From contig NC_090396.1 in assembly GCF_036365525.1 (NCBI RefSeq), positions 26,202,283 to 26,266,282 of the forward strand: a DNA stretch of 64,000 nucleotides, in the 5' to 3' direction. A program made the position numbers and the translations under genes. Under the pieces are notes generated by a model. That model had not been told where the DNA came from. It worked only from the letters and a program-made list of their open reading frames with translations, and did not search any database. Positions 37,170 to 49,849 of the stretch are shown piece after piece (the stretch's first letter is position 1; every line of letters begins with the position of its first letter). The DNA comes from Heterodontus francisci (lineage: Eukaryota).

Positions 37170-38810
37170 AAGTAAGACAGTTTTGTCAAGAAGGTTGGCC
37201 AGAATAATAGCCCAGTTTTAAGAAAATATCATGAGCAACCAAGCCATGTATCGTGAACGACTTCCTAGTTTACGACGAAAGACTAATTATTCCAAAGGCT
37301 TTAAGGTTAGACATCACAGAGAAACAACACCAAGGACACTCAGGAATCACCAAGTGTAGAGCAAGAGTGAGAAATTCAGTATGGTGGCCAGGTGTTTCCA
37401 AGGAGATCGAAGACATGGGCCGGAATTTTACGTTGGGCGGGAGGCCCCAGCCACTGGCTGAAAAGTTGGGGCGAGCCCACCTCCACTGGGCCTGGGGAGC
37501 CACGCCAGGATTTTTTGATGCCAGGCATTTAATTGGCCTTGGGTCAGACTTCCACCTGCTTGAGGCAGGAAGTCCCGCTTAATGGAGCTGCCAACCAATC
37601 AGTGAGCTGGCAGCCCTTAGTCCCAGCAGCGCCACCAGGAATTGTGGCCACTGATGGGACTACACCCAGCCAATGGCAGCAAGAGGAAGGATAGCCCTGG
37701 AACGAAGATAAGTTTTTGGGGCCTCACTGGGGACAAACGGCTGGGCCCCAGTGAGGCAAGGGGGGGTCGATTAGGGCGGGGGGGTGGGGGTAGTATTGTG
37801 TGGTGGGGATGGTTAGCGTTTCAGCGGTGGCCCTCCATGGACACAGGGTGCCCGATCAGGAGGGCCCACCCCCAGCCCAAGAAGGCCACCAGACTTTACC
37901 TGGCGGGGTTTTTGGGGCCTTTTCCATCCAGCTGCTCAGGATAACATACCAGCGGCGGTGGGAGAAGGCCCTTAAGTGGCAGTTAATTGGCCACTTAAGG
38001 GCCTTGATTGGCCTGGGGCAGGCGGGCTGTTTCTTGCCACCACCACCACCCCGTGTAAAATTGCAGCAGGGGTGGGAAGACATCAGGAACAACCCCCTGC
38101 CTCCCACTCAATTTTACGGCCACCACCCCCCACCCACCACCCCACCCCCCCCACCCACCACCAGCCCACTCTTTGGGGAGGGGGGGCGTAAAATTCTGGC
38201 CATGAATTCGAGGTGTACCCATGCGCTACTATCAGACAAGACTCCAGAGAGCCACTGATATCGTCTTCGTTTCCATCCAGGCCATGGCAGCGCCATGGAC
38301 CTGTTTGAACATAAATGGAAGATTTTCCTCATTGTTGTTGACTGTTATTCCAGATGGGTTGAAGTCAAACCAATACACGGCCAGAGTTCTGAAGTCGTAA
38401 TCAAATCACTGAAAGAAATTTTCACCACACAATACATTCCAGACTTAGTGATAATGGTCCACAATTTGTGAATGAAGCCTTCAAAGATTTTGCAGAAACA
38501 TATGGATTTGCCCATGTTACAAGTTCAGTGAGGTACTCCCAGGGCAGTGGAAAAGCGGAGAGAGGCATTTGAAACATGAAAATGCTACTGAAAAAGAATG
38601 AGGATTTTCAGCTGGCACTATTAAACGATTCATCATCACCACTCCAGAATGGGCTGGCTCCATGTGAGTTGGGTAGGAGGTTAAGGACACAATTACCCAC
38701 ACTTCCAAAAACCCTTCAGCCACAAATCGGTGCAGAAGACCAGGACAGACTGAGGGTGAGAGAGGAGAAAGTGAGGTTAATCCAAACAGAGAATCACGAC
38801 AACCGTTACA
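37170..38810 (+). pseudogene. Gypsy-type integrase fragment, split by a MITE
   Basis: Zinc-binding region HQGHSGITKCRARVRNSVWWPG and core residues DLF..VDCYSRWVE..DNGPQF. Frameshifted. Confidence 0.8.
37418..38201 (+). mobile_element. Harbinger-type MITE (best-preserved copy)
   Basis: 15-bp TIRs GGCCGGAATTTTACG / CGTAAAATTCTGGCC and TSD ATG. It interrupts the integrase coding sequence. Confidence 0.88.
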
Positions 38811-40845
38811 GAGCTGAGATGATTGACCTCCAACAACCACAACCATCTTCCTTTGCGTTAGGTACGACTCCAATCAGCGGAGTGTTTTCCACCTGATTCC
38901 CATTGACTCCAGTTTTGCTGGGGCTTCTTGATGCCAAATTCGATCAAATGCTGCCTTGATGTCAAGGGCAGTCACACTCACCTCACCTCTTGAGTTCAGC
39001 TCTTTTATCCATGTTTGAACCAAGGCTGTAACGAGGTCACGAGCTGAGTGGCCCTGGTGGAACCCAAACTGAGCGTCACTGAGCAGGTTATTGCTAAGAA
39101 AGTGCCACTTGATGGCACTGTTGACGACATCTTCCATCACTTTATTGATGATTGAGAGTAGACTGATGGGGTGATAATTGACTGGGTTGGATATGTCCTG
39201 CTTTTTGTGTACAGGACATACCTGGGCAATTTTCCACATTGTCAGGTAGATGCCAGTGTTATAGCCATACTGGAACAGCTTGGCTAGGGGCACGGCAAAT
39301 TCTGGAGCACAGGTCTTCAGCACTATTGCTGGAATGTTGTCAGGGCCAATAGCCTTTGCAATATCCGGTCCCTTCCGTTGTTTCTAGATATCACGCGGAG
39401 TGAATCGAATTGGCTGAAGTCTGGCATCCATGATGCTGGGGACTTCAGGAGGAGGCTGAGATAGATCATCCACTTAGCACTTCTGGCTGAAAATTGTTGC
39501 AAATCCTTCAGCCTTATCTTTTGCACTGATGTGCTGGGCTCATCCATCATTGAGGATGGAGATATTTGTGTAGCCACCTCCTTCAGCTAGTTGCTTATTT
39601 GTCCACCACCATTCACTACTGGATGTGGCAAGGTTGCAGAGCTTAGACCTGCTCCGTTGGTTATGGAATCGCTTAGTTCTGTCTATTGTATGCTGCTTAC
39701 TCAGTTTGGCATGCAAGTAGTCCTGTGTTGTAGCTTCACCAGGTTGACACCTCATTTTGAGGTATGCCTGGTGCTGCTCCTGGCATGCCCTCCTGCACTT
39801 TTCATTGAACTAGGGTTGATCACCCGGCTTGATGGCAATAGGAACATAGGAGCAGGAGTAGGCCATTCAGCCCATCGCGCCTGCTCCGCCATTCAATAGG
39901 ATCATGGCTGATCATCCACTTCAACGTCTTTTTCCCACACTATCCTCATATCCCCTTATGTCATTTTCATTTAGAAATCTGTCAATCTCTGCTTTAAACA
40001 TACTCAATGGCTGAGCTTCCACAGTCCTCTGGGGTAGAGATTCCAAAGATTCACAACCATCTGAGCAAAGAAATTTTTCCTCATCTCTGTAATGGTAGAG
40101 TGGGGAATATGCCAGACCATGAGGTTACAGATTGTGGTTGGGTACAATTCTGGTGCTGCTGATGGCCCACAGCATCTCATGGATGCCTAGTTTTGCATTG
40201 CTAGATCTGTTCAAAATCTATCCCATTTAGCCTGGTGGTAGTGCCACACAACATAATGAAGGCTATCCTCAATGTGAAGACAGGACTTTGTCTCCACAAG
40301 AACTGTGCGGTGGTCACTCCTACCAATACTGTCATGGACACATGCATCTGCGACAGGCAGATTGGTGAGGACCAGGTCAAATATGTTTTTCGCTCTTGTT
40401 GGTTCCCTCACCACCTGACGCAGATCCAGCCTTGCAGCTATGTCCTTTAGGACTTGGCCAGCTCAGAGAGTAGTGGTGCTACCGGGCCACTCTGGTTGGG
40501 GGACTTCAATGTCCATCACCAAGAGTACATTCTGTGCCCTTGCCACCCTCAGTGCATTCTCCAAGTGGTGTTCAACATGGAGGAGTACTGATTCATCAGC
40601 TGAGGGGGGTGGGGGCAGTAGGTGGTAATCAGTAGGAGGTTTGACCTGATGTCATGAGACTTTGTGGGGTCTGGAGTTGATGTTGAGGACTCCCAGGGCA
40701 ACTCCCTCCCGACTGTATACCACCTCTGCTGGGTCTGTCCTGCCGGTGAGACAGGACATGCCTGGGGATGGTGATGGTGGTGTCTGGGACATTGTAAGGC
40801 AAGATTCGGTGAGTGTGATTATGTCAGGCTGTTGCTTGACATAGA
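38811..40845 (-). mobile_element. CR1-group LINE family 2 (EN and RT N-terminus)
   Basis: ORF 38874-39323 has RT motifs. EN motif PTR.KNI.DLVLTN..SDH lies at 40211-40414. Confidence 0.88.
39838..40089 (-). mobile_element. Short CR1 3' insertion
   Basis: CR1 tail inserted into LINE family 2, with a GCAAT/GTAAT duplication. Confidence 0.75.
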
Positions 40846-42221
40846 CCTTAAGCATCATCACAGGATGTGAGGTCATGAGTCTGAACATAAGAACATAAGA
40901 AATAGGAGCAGGAGTAGGTCATTCAGCCTCTCAAGCCTGCCCCGCATTCAATAAGATCATGGCTGATCTGTCCCAGTCCTCAACTTCTCTGTCGGGCCTG
41001 CTCTGCCTAACCATTGACTCCCCGAGATTTCAAAAATCTATCTAACTCCTCCTTAAATACATTTAGTGACCTAGCCTCCACAACTCACTGAGGCAGAGAA
41101 TTCCAGAGATTCACCACCCTCTGAGAGAAGAAATTCCTTTGCATCTCAGTTTTAAATGTGTGCCCCCTTATTCTGTAATTATGTTCCCTAGTTTGAGATT
41201 CCCCCACTAGTGGAAACATCTTCTCAACATCCACCCTGTCGAGCCCCCTTAAAATCTTATATGTTTCTATAAGATCACTCTCATTCTTCTAAACTCCAAT
41301 GAATAAAGGCCTAACCTGTTTAGCCGTTCTTGATAAGACAACCCCTTCATCCCAGGAATCAGCCAAGTGAACCTTTTCTGAACTGCCTCCAATGCTAGTA
41401 TATCCTTCTTTAAATACGGGGACCAAAACTGTACACAGTACTCCAGGCGTGGCCTCACCAACACCCTGTACAGTTGTAATAAGACTTCCCTATTTTTAAA
41501 CTCTAACCCCGTAGCAATAAAGGCCAAAATTTCATTTGCCTTCCTAATTACTTGCTGCACCTGCATGCTAACCTTTGTGTTTCATGCACAAGAACACCCA
41601 GATCCTTCTGTACAGCAGTATTTTGTAGTCTTTCTCCATCTAAATAATAATCTGCCTTTTTATTCTTCCTACCAAAGTGGATTACCTCACACTTTCCCAC
41701 ATTGAAAACCATCTGCCAAATTTTTGCCCACTCACTTAACCTATCTGTGTCCCTTTGCAGATTCTTTGTGTCCTCATCACAACATGCCTTCCCACCTATT
41801 TTTGTATCGTCAGCAAATTTGGATACACTACACTCTGTCGCTTCCTCTAAGTCATTAGTGTAGATAGTAAATAGCTGAGGCCCTTGTGGCACCCCACTTG
41901 TTACGGCTTTCCAACCTGAAAAATACCCATTGATCTCAACTCTCTGCCTTCTGTGTGTTAGCCAATCCTCAATCCATGCCACCACATTATCCCCAATATC
42001 CTGAGCTCCGATTTTGTGCAATAACCTTTTATGTGGCACCTTATCAAACACCTTTTGAAAATCCAAATACACAACATCTACTGGTTCACCTTTATCCACT
42101 CCTTTATCTGCTTGTTATATCCTCAAAGAACTCTCACAAATTTGTCAAACATGATTTTCCTTTCATAAAACCATGTTGACTCTGTTTGATTGCATTATGT
42201 GTTTCTAAATGTCCTTCTATG

Positions 42222-42576
42222 TTTATTTATTTTTTTTAGAGATACAGCACTGAAACAGGCCCTTCGGCCCACCGAGTCTGTGCCGACCATCAGCCACCCA
42301 TTTATATTAATCCTACACTAATTCCATATTCCTACCATATCCCCACCTGTCCCTATATTTCCCTACCACCTACCTATACGAGGGACAATTTATAATGGCC
42401 AATTTACCTATCAACCTGCAAGTCTTTGGCATGTGGGAGGAAACCGGAGCACCCGGAGGAAACCCACGCAGACACAGGGAGAACTTGCAAACTCCGCACA
42501 GACAGTACCCAGAATTGAACCCGGGTTGCTGGAGCTGTGAGGCTGCGGTGCTAACCACTGCGCCACTGTGCCGCCC
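42222..42576 (-). mobile_element. HE1-like V-SINE
   Basis: Nearly identical to 25876-26244 and inserted in the CR1 RT region. Confidence 0.9.
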
Positions 42577-44077
42577 TTAATAATGTGTCTTCTGTGTCTT
42601 CCTTAATAATTGACTCAAGCATTTTCCCAATGACTGATGTTCAGCTAACTGGTCTGTAGTTTCCTGCTTTCTGTCTCCCTCCTTTCTTGAATAGTGGTTT
42701 CACATTAGCGGTTTTCCAATTCGCTGGTACCCTACCGGAATCCAGTGAGTTTCGGTATGTTATGACCAATGCCTCCACTATCGCTGCAGCCACTTCTTTT
42801 AAAACCCTTGGATGCAGGCCATCAGATCCTGGCGACTTGTCTGCCTTTAGTCCCATCAGTTTGTCCAGCACCTTTTCCCTCATGATAGAGATTGTTACAA
42901 GTTCCTCCCTCCCATTTATACCTTGTTCATCTATTATTGTTAGATGTTTATAGTGTCCTCCACCGTGAAGACTGATGCAAAATATTGGTTTAAATTATCT
43001 TCCATTTCCCTGTTATTAATTCCTCATTCTCAGCCTCTAAGGGCCCCACACTTACTTTAGCTACTCTCTTCCTTTTAATATACCCATAGAAGCTCTTACT
43101 GTTTATTTTTATATTTCTTGCCAATTTACTCTCTTAATCAATTTTCTCCCTCTTTATTAGTTTTTTAGTCATCCACTGCTGGTTTCTAAAAACTTCCCAA
43201 TCCGCTGGCCTACCACTCGTTTTCGCCACATTGTATGCCTTTGCTTTTGATTTGATATTCTCCTTAACTTCCTTTGTTATCCACGGGTGGTTCATCGTTC
43301 TCTTCGAGTCCTTCCTTCTGACTGGAATAAATGTTTACTGAGTGTTATGAAATATCTGCTTAAAAGTCTGCCACTGCTCATCTACGACTTCCCCTGTAGT
43401 CTATCTTCGAGCCCGCTTTAGACAACTCTTTCTTCATACCTCTGTAATTGCCCTTGTTTAAGTTGAAGACACTGGTTTGAGACCCAAGTTGCTCACCCTC
43501 AAACTGAATTTGAAATTCTACCATGTTATGATCGCTTCCCCCTAAAGGATCCTTAACTATGAGATCTCTTATTAATCCGACCTCATTACACATTACCAAA
43601 TCTAAAATAGCCTGTTCCCTGGTAGGTTCTGAAACATATTGCTCTAAGTAACAATCCCTGAGGCACTCTACAAATTCGTCTTCCTTACCAATTTGATTTG
43701 TTCAGTCTATATGCAGATTAAAATCACCCATGATAATTGCAGTGCCGTTCTTACATGCCTCCATTACTTCCTGATTAATATCTTGTCCTACAGACAGGCA
43801 ACTCTTTGGGGGCCTATAGACTACTCCCACCCATGATTTCTTTCCCTTGCTATTCCTTATTTCCACCCAAACTGATTCTACATCATGATCTATTACACCT
43901 ATATCATTACTCACAACTGCACTGATCCCTTCCTTTAATAGCAAAGCTACCCCACCTCCTTTTCTTTCTGCCTATTCTTCCGGAACGTTGAATATCCTTG
44001 AACATTTAGATTCCAGTCCCGGTCATCCTGCAACCACGTCTCAGTGATAGCTATCAAATCATATTCATTTATTTCTA

Positions 44078-44205
44078 AAATAAAAGCAAAATACTGTGGA
44101 TGCTGAGTTCCGAAAAAGGGTCACTGACCCGAAACGTTAACTCTGCTTCTCTTTCCACAGATGCTGCCAGACCTGCTGAGTGATTCCAGCATTTCTTGTT
44201 TTTGT
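44078..44205 (+). mobile_element. PLE terminal remnant inserted in the CR1 endonuclease
   Basis: 14-bp TSD TTCATTTATTTCTA, a short inverted 5' piece and a hammerhead-containing segment. Confidence 0.82.
44105..44143 (+). ncRNA. Minimal hammerhead ribozyme motif (best-formed stems)
   Basis: GAGTT-CCGAAAA-a-GGGTCAcTGACCC-GAAACGTT-AACTC. Stem I has 5 bp, stem II is perfect, and helix III is the palindrome ACGT. The core deviates from CUGANGA. Confidence 0.6.
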
Positions 44206-44468
44206 TTCATTTATTTCTATCTGTGCCATCAGCTCATCTATCTTGTTACTAATGCTACGTGCATTCAGATAAAGAGCCTTAAGCTTTGACTTTTTACCAT
44301 TTTTACCTACTCTGGTTCTAATTTCTGCTGCACTCTTATGCTTGTATTCTTTGTCCCTTCCTGTCACTCTCTGATTAATGTATGCCCCTTCACTACCCTG
44401 CACCTCTGCTCTCTCGTTACTATTCAACTTTTTAAACTTCTCTTCAATTGAACCCTCCCCCCAACTAT

Positions 44469-45427
44469 TTATTTTAAAGCCTTATCTACAACCCTAGTTA
44501 TACGATTCACCAGGACTCTGGTCCCAGCATGGTTCAAGTGAAGCCTATCCCAATGGAAAAGCTCTCTCTTTCCCCAGTACTGGTGCCAGTATCCCATGAA
44601 TTGGAACCCATTTCTCCCACACCAATCTTTGAGCCACACATTTACCTCTCTAATCCTATTTATCCTATGCCAATTTGCACGTGGCTCGGGTAGTAATCCG
44701 GAGATTATTACCTTTGTGGTTCTGCTTTTTAATTTGGCCCCGAGCTGCTCATAGTCCCTCAGCAGAACCTCTTTCCTAGTCCTACATATGTTGTTGGTAC
44801 CTACGTGGACCACGACGATTGGATCTTTTCCCTCCCACTCCAAGTTCCTCTCCAACCCAGAAGAGATGTCCTTAACCTTGGCACCAGGTAGGCAACACAG
44901 CCTTCAGGACTCTCTATCTTTGCTGCAAAGAACAGTATCTATTCCCCTAACTATGCTATCCCCTATTACTAATACATTTCTCTTTTCTCCCCCCCACTTG
45001 AATGGTGCTCTGAACCACGGTGCTGTAGTCTGTTCGCTTATCCGCCCTGCAGCCTGTGCCCTTGTCCACACTGGGAGCAAGAACCTCGTACCTATTGGAT
45101 AAGGGCGCCGGCTGAGGCTCCTCCAAAGCTAAATTCTGGATCCCCATACCTGTCTCACTCGCAGTCACACTCTCCTGTCCCTGACCACGGTCCAGTTTGG
45201 ATGTAATTAGTCTAAGGGGTGTGACTGTCTCCTGAAACACAGTGTCCAGGTAACTCTTCCCCCTCCCTGATGTGTCACAGTGTCCGCAGCTCGGACTCCA
45301 GCTCATCAACTCTGAGCCGAACGTCCTCGAGCAGCCAACACTTGCTGCAGATGTGGTCACTGTGGATCACACTGGCGTCCACCAGCTCCCATATATTACA
45401 ACTGCAACACATCGGCTGCCCAGCCAT
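44469..45427 (-). pseudogene. CR1 ORF1 (N-terminal Cys cluster/coiled coil and SGNH esterase), frameshifted
   Basis: ATG at 45427 followed by CCSC..HICSKC. Motifs VVHVGTN, IISGLLP and DRLHLN. Confidence 0.8.
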
Positions 45428-46258
45428 CTCTATTCTATTTAATTAATTAATTTGGATCACAGTATTTAAGAAAAAAAAACTATTTAAGTGTACTCTTAAC
45501 CTGTAATGATGTCGCCTGATTTAAATTACTTGGCCAAAAACAAGAAAAAACGTGTTGCTCAGTGTTAATGTAGATGCATTAGTGATAAGACCCCTGTAAA
45601 TAAACTCCTGTTACTTTGACCCAAAGTCTACTATCCTTATTTAATATTAATGTCACACTGACCAGTATAGTACCATTTAAAGACCAATTAAGGCCAATTA
45701 TCGGAAGCCAACTGGAATTTTCCAGTCAGCCTGTGGGCAGTCATGGCATCAGGTGCACGACAGCTGTCTGGAGGTGGCCTCCTGCAGGCAGCCAGCATTC
45801 CAGGGAAACTCTGAGGCATCCCCTACACTCCCACTCCCCACCGTCGCCTACATGACTACAGCTGCCATCACAGGCTGCCCTGTTGGATGGGTTTCCCCTC
45901 CCCAATGTTAGCCCGGCAGCTGTAGCCATTTTTTAATTTCACTTTTTTTAAAGTTGCTGAGAGGGCACCTCAAGGTGAAGGCACCTTGTCTCCCTTACCT
46001 GCAACGGGAGGCTTCATGGCAAGTGCACCCTCTGGCCACTAATTGGCCAAACAAGGCAAAATCACTGTCAGGTGATCGTTTCTGACACAGAGTTGGGTCT
46101 GGACCCATATTTGACCCCGGCATTGGGGTCCTGACCCAAAACTCAAAATCTTGCCCTTGGACTTTCCCTGAAAAGAGGTGTGAAACAGCTATCAATATAC
46201 AGAAACTACTTTCAGCAACTGCAATAATTATCTTCCATAGACCTCAGGAGCTATTTCA

Positions 46259-46996
46259 TAGACCTTCCCTTTTGTTCTTTCCTGCTGTCTTCTTCCCCCA
46301 TTTCCCTGCCCCTGCACATGCTAAAGAAAACTGTTACAACTCTAATTTCATCTAGTTCCAATGAAAGGTCATTGACCTGAAACAATGGCCTAAATTTTAC
46401 CATGGGCTTTGGGGCCCCGATGTCAGGACAAAATGCCAGTCCCGAGCCCGCACTTGCTGGCAGTGGGACGGTCTCAGCGATTTTACTGCAGGTTGCCTGT
46501 GGGCCCACCCTCCAATGGAGGAAGGCAGGCAGGCTCCTGATGCTGCCTGCCCAACCAGGGGGCCGGAAGCTCTGATCACCTCATTGGGAGAGGTGATCGC
46601 TGCTGAGGCAGGCAGGAGATCTGGAGGCTCTGACAGGTAAGTGAAAAAGAAATGAAAAATTCAGGGGTCCAAGGGTCAGAGGGGAAACCCCGCTGGGGAG
46701 GTCGGAGGGGAAACCCCTCCGAGGAGATAATTGGGGCCGCAGGGGCTGCCTTCCCTGTCCCTGGCCTCCTCATTGGCTCATTGAGCCTCCAGCTCTGATG
46801 CCGACCCCCTCCCCCCCCACCCAAACCCCCTCCCCGGGCTGCTGCAAGCAGGCAGCCTCCATTAAGCTGGCAGCCTCCCCACGTGGTAGGTGTTGCCCTG
46901 CCATCGACAAAATGCTGGGGTCCGGTAAAATTCTGTTTCTCTCTCCACAAATGCTGTTTCATCTGCTGAGTATTTTCAGAATTTTCAGGTTATATT
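46259..46996 (+). mobile_element. PLE terminal remnant split by a MITE
   Basis: 15-bp TSD TCAGGA(G/C)CTATTTCA and a hammerhead-like motif at 46354-46384. Confidence 0.72.
46387..46935 (+). mobile_element. Harbinger-type MITE
   Basis: TIRs GGCCTAAATTTTACC / GGTAAAATTCTG, with the right end eroded. Confidence 0.7.
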
Positions 46997-47902
46997 TCAG
47001 GACCTATTTCAACCACTTTCCCACAGGAAACTTTAGAGCTTCAAAGGAACGGGCCGGGATAAGAGCTAAATGTTCGAGCCATAGTGAAGAGCACAGATTA
47101 TACATGAATAAAGACAGGGAGTTCAACTCGTATATACAGAAGCTTTGAGACAGTTATTATACTTACAAATTTTCTGTCTCTTGATAAAAAGTGTATAAAA
47201 ATTGAGAAACAGAGACAGTTATTGCCTGGTGGTTTCTTGTGATGTTCGGCTGTGATTGATTGGCGGGTTGTCAAAATATGGAGAGTCAATTACATTGTAA
47301 TTGACCTCAAGCTCTGCCTGAGAGCAATTAGCCTGAAATTGACTATACTGTAAGCTTTTATACAACAATCAAATCCGTGGCATTGAAGGAATATATTGCA
47401 CGCTGCTTTATTCCAGCAGCAGATGAATACGTTGTGAATTTCATGGGGTTACAAATTTTTGGCGTGCCTTAGATATTCCTTCAAGTTCAGTGGCATTGGT
47501 CACGCCTGTAAGCGGTCCCTGCATCTTATGTTCAGGAGTGTGCCTGCACTGCTCAATATCTAAACAATGATAACATAACCCAAGGATCTAAGAATAGGAG
47601 CATCTTGTGACCTAAATGTTTTGTGTTTTGCCCGTGTCCTTGCTTCTCCAATGTTTTGGTGAGAAAACTGACGATGCTTTAGTGAGTTGAGGCCAGAACC
47701 AAATCATTACCCTGTTTGATTTTTCAGACAGTGGATGAACAAGCAGAGTAATAGTTATCGTCAAATTGCACCCTCATCCAACCAACTTTAGTTCCCTCCT
47801 GATGAAAAAGAAAAACAATTAACTGAACCATATTGAATCTTTTTGCAGGTTGAAAAGTACTTGTTCTCTGGGACAGTATTTTGCTCTGGAATCTGACTAA
47901 CT

Positions 47903-48650
47903 GGGCTGGATTTTACTAGTCCACTAGGGACGGGCTGGGAGGTGGGGTGGGGTGGGGCGGGGAGGTAACAGTAAAAAAGTGAGGGAAAGGAGAGAAAGTG
48001 GGAGGGTGGAGTGCTCATCACCTTCCTGATGCCATGGAAATTTATCAGTGGCAGGGAAGGTGGAGGATAGCCTTCCTGCCCAGAGGCCAATTGAGGCCCT
48101 TAAGTGGCCAATTAAGGGCCACTTAAGGGCCTCTTCCTGCCACCACTGACATTTTACCTGTGGCTGGTGGGCCTCCCGCCAAGTGGAGAGGCCACCCAGT
48201 AAAACCAAGCGGGCTCCCTGTGGGCTTCGGGTGGTGATGGGACCCTCCTGATCAGGCACTCTGTGGCTCTCAGAGGGCCCCCCCCCCCATTTCCCTCACC
48301 AACACCCTCCCACCCACTCCTCACCAGGGCCTGCCTGATTGGCCCCGATGACCACCCACCCCACTTCCGTTGTGCGGAGTTTGCGTTCATTCTTGGCACC
48401 TGCACTCCCAGCGGTGGCCACCGCTCCCGGTGGCACTGCTGAGACTGAAGAACTGCCGGCCCTCCAATTGGCCAGCAGCTCTAGGTGGCAAGCTGTTGTC
48501 TTTTAAAGGGACAGGAGCTCCAGAAACAGGCAGTTAATTACCTGAATGCCAAAATATGCAGGTGGGGGTCCCCCAAATGGCTGAGGTTGGGGTTGCCCCA
48601 GCTCTCCGACCTGGCATCGGGACCCCTCCCATGCTGACAAAATTCAGCCC
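47903..48650 (-). mobile_element. Harbinger-type MITE
   Basis: TIRs GGGCTGGATTTT / AAAATTCAGCCC and a palindrome with 17-bp arms at 48093-48133. Confidence 0.82.
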
Positions 48651-49849
48651 ATCTAAGCCAAGGCTAGATCTTTTGACCTGCATGGTTGTAACTGGCTTCT
48701 CTCTCAGACCTTGCCAACCTTGATCCTTATTTTTGTTACTTCCAACCAAGAGGGGTTACTGTCATTCCAATGTCTTTCCTTGTTCAATGATTCGCCTGTT
48801 TGTTCTGTATAAAATTTGTTGATAAAACCAGAATTCTTCCTTCCAAGGGTGATTTATCAGCAGACATCCATTGAATAGAATCATCCCAACAGTTAATGTG
48901 TGTGAATGTTTTTCAGAAGTCTGAAATGAGATAGCAAATTGACTGTTGTCCACTGTTATTGTGGAACACCTCTTTAATACCAGGCTCTTGAACAGTTAAA
49001 CTCCTCTTTGTCTCAGCACATGGTGGTAAAAACAATTTAAAACTTGTGTGACCCGTTAAAACACATCAACGGAATATAATTCATTTCCAAATCCTTTCTG
49101 TGGCAAAATGATTGAGAACTCCAAAATGCAAAATATGGGATAATCCTCATGTGCTGATACAATGGCACATTCGCCACTTTATCATTTGTAAGACAATAGA
49201 TTGCCTAGCAAATATACCGTTTTTAACTTCTCCAGCACTTTCATGTTGCTGGAGATCACTAACTTATTTGCCCATTTTAAAGCAGATAGTTACTAATGAA
49301 GAGGTGGGTTACTGAAGAGTCCAGAAATCGACCACCTATCCTCTTATGCTGTATATTTTTACCGCTTTATGATTATAATTTAAATTTTCCAGTAATGCCT
49401 GCCCAGGCTAGTCTGCCAATATACAAGCACCTGAGACACTGAGATAAGTTGCAGAAGCATGGGGAATATCCATTCATATGGTACTTTACTGTCGGATGAA
49501 ATAATCACATTGCTTTTTAATTGAAGCTCGGCTCAAACAAATGGTGTTTCATAATCAAATTACAGAGCTCACTTGAGCAGATTATATTTATAATTTCACT
49601 TCATGAGCAAAATGAAATGATCTTTTGAATATGCTTTTTTTAAAAAGTGTTATCTCAATTAGTTTCTGACATGACCTTTTTTGGCAGATTGGCTAATAAG
49701 TATTGGTGCCATTGTTGGCTGCAATGGAGGAGGGAAAAATTTACCTTTCAATAGAATCTGGTCAGGTCTCTCACAAATGTCTCAAACTTCAAATGTGAGT
49801 AATTCTTTTGCAGTAGAGCAAGTGTTGTTAACTAGGCCAACCCAGCAGC

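Larger units (their letters stand above)
40885..45440 (-). mobile_element. Near full-length decayed CR1 (ORF1 and ORF2)
   Basis: Contains ORF1, EN (YLNARSI, GVVYRPP, MGDFN, SDHN), RT (DFQKVFDKV, KFADDTK) and the 3' tail. Stops and frameshifts are present. Confidence 0.92.
36984..46156. mobile_element. Harbinger-type MITE split into 36984-~37146 and ~45676-46156 by about 8.5 kb of nested insertions
   Basis: TIRs GGGCAGGATTTT / AAAATCTTGCCC and TSD TTG. The two halves match consecutive parts of 26731-27439. Confidence 0.7.

Noticed and set aside
38517-38896. ORFs spanning the Gypsy/LINE junction
   Set aside because: These are chimeric read-throughs across an insertion boundary.
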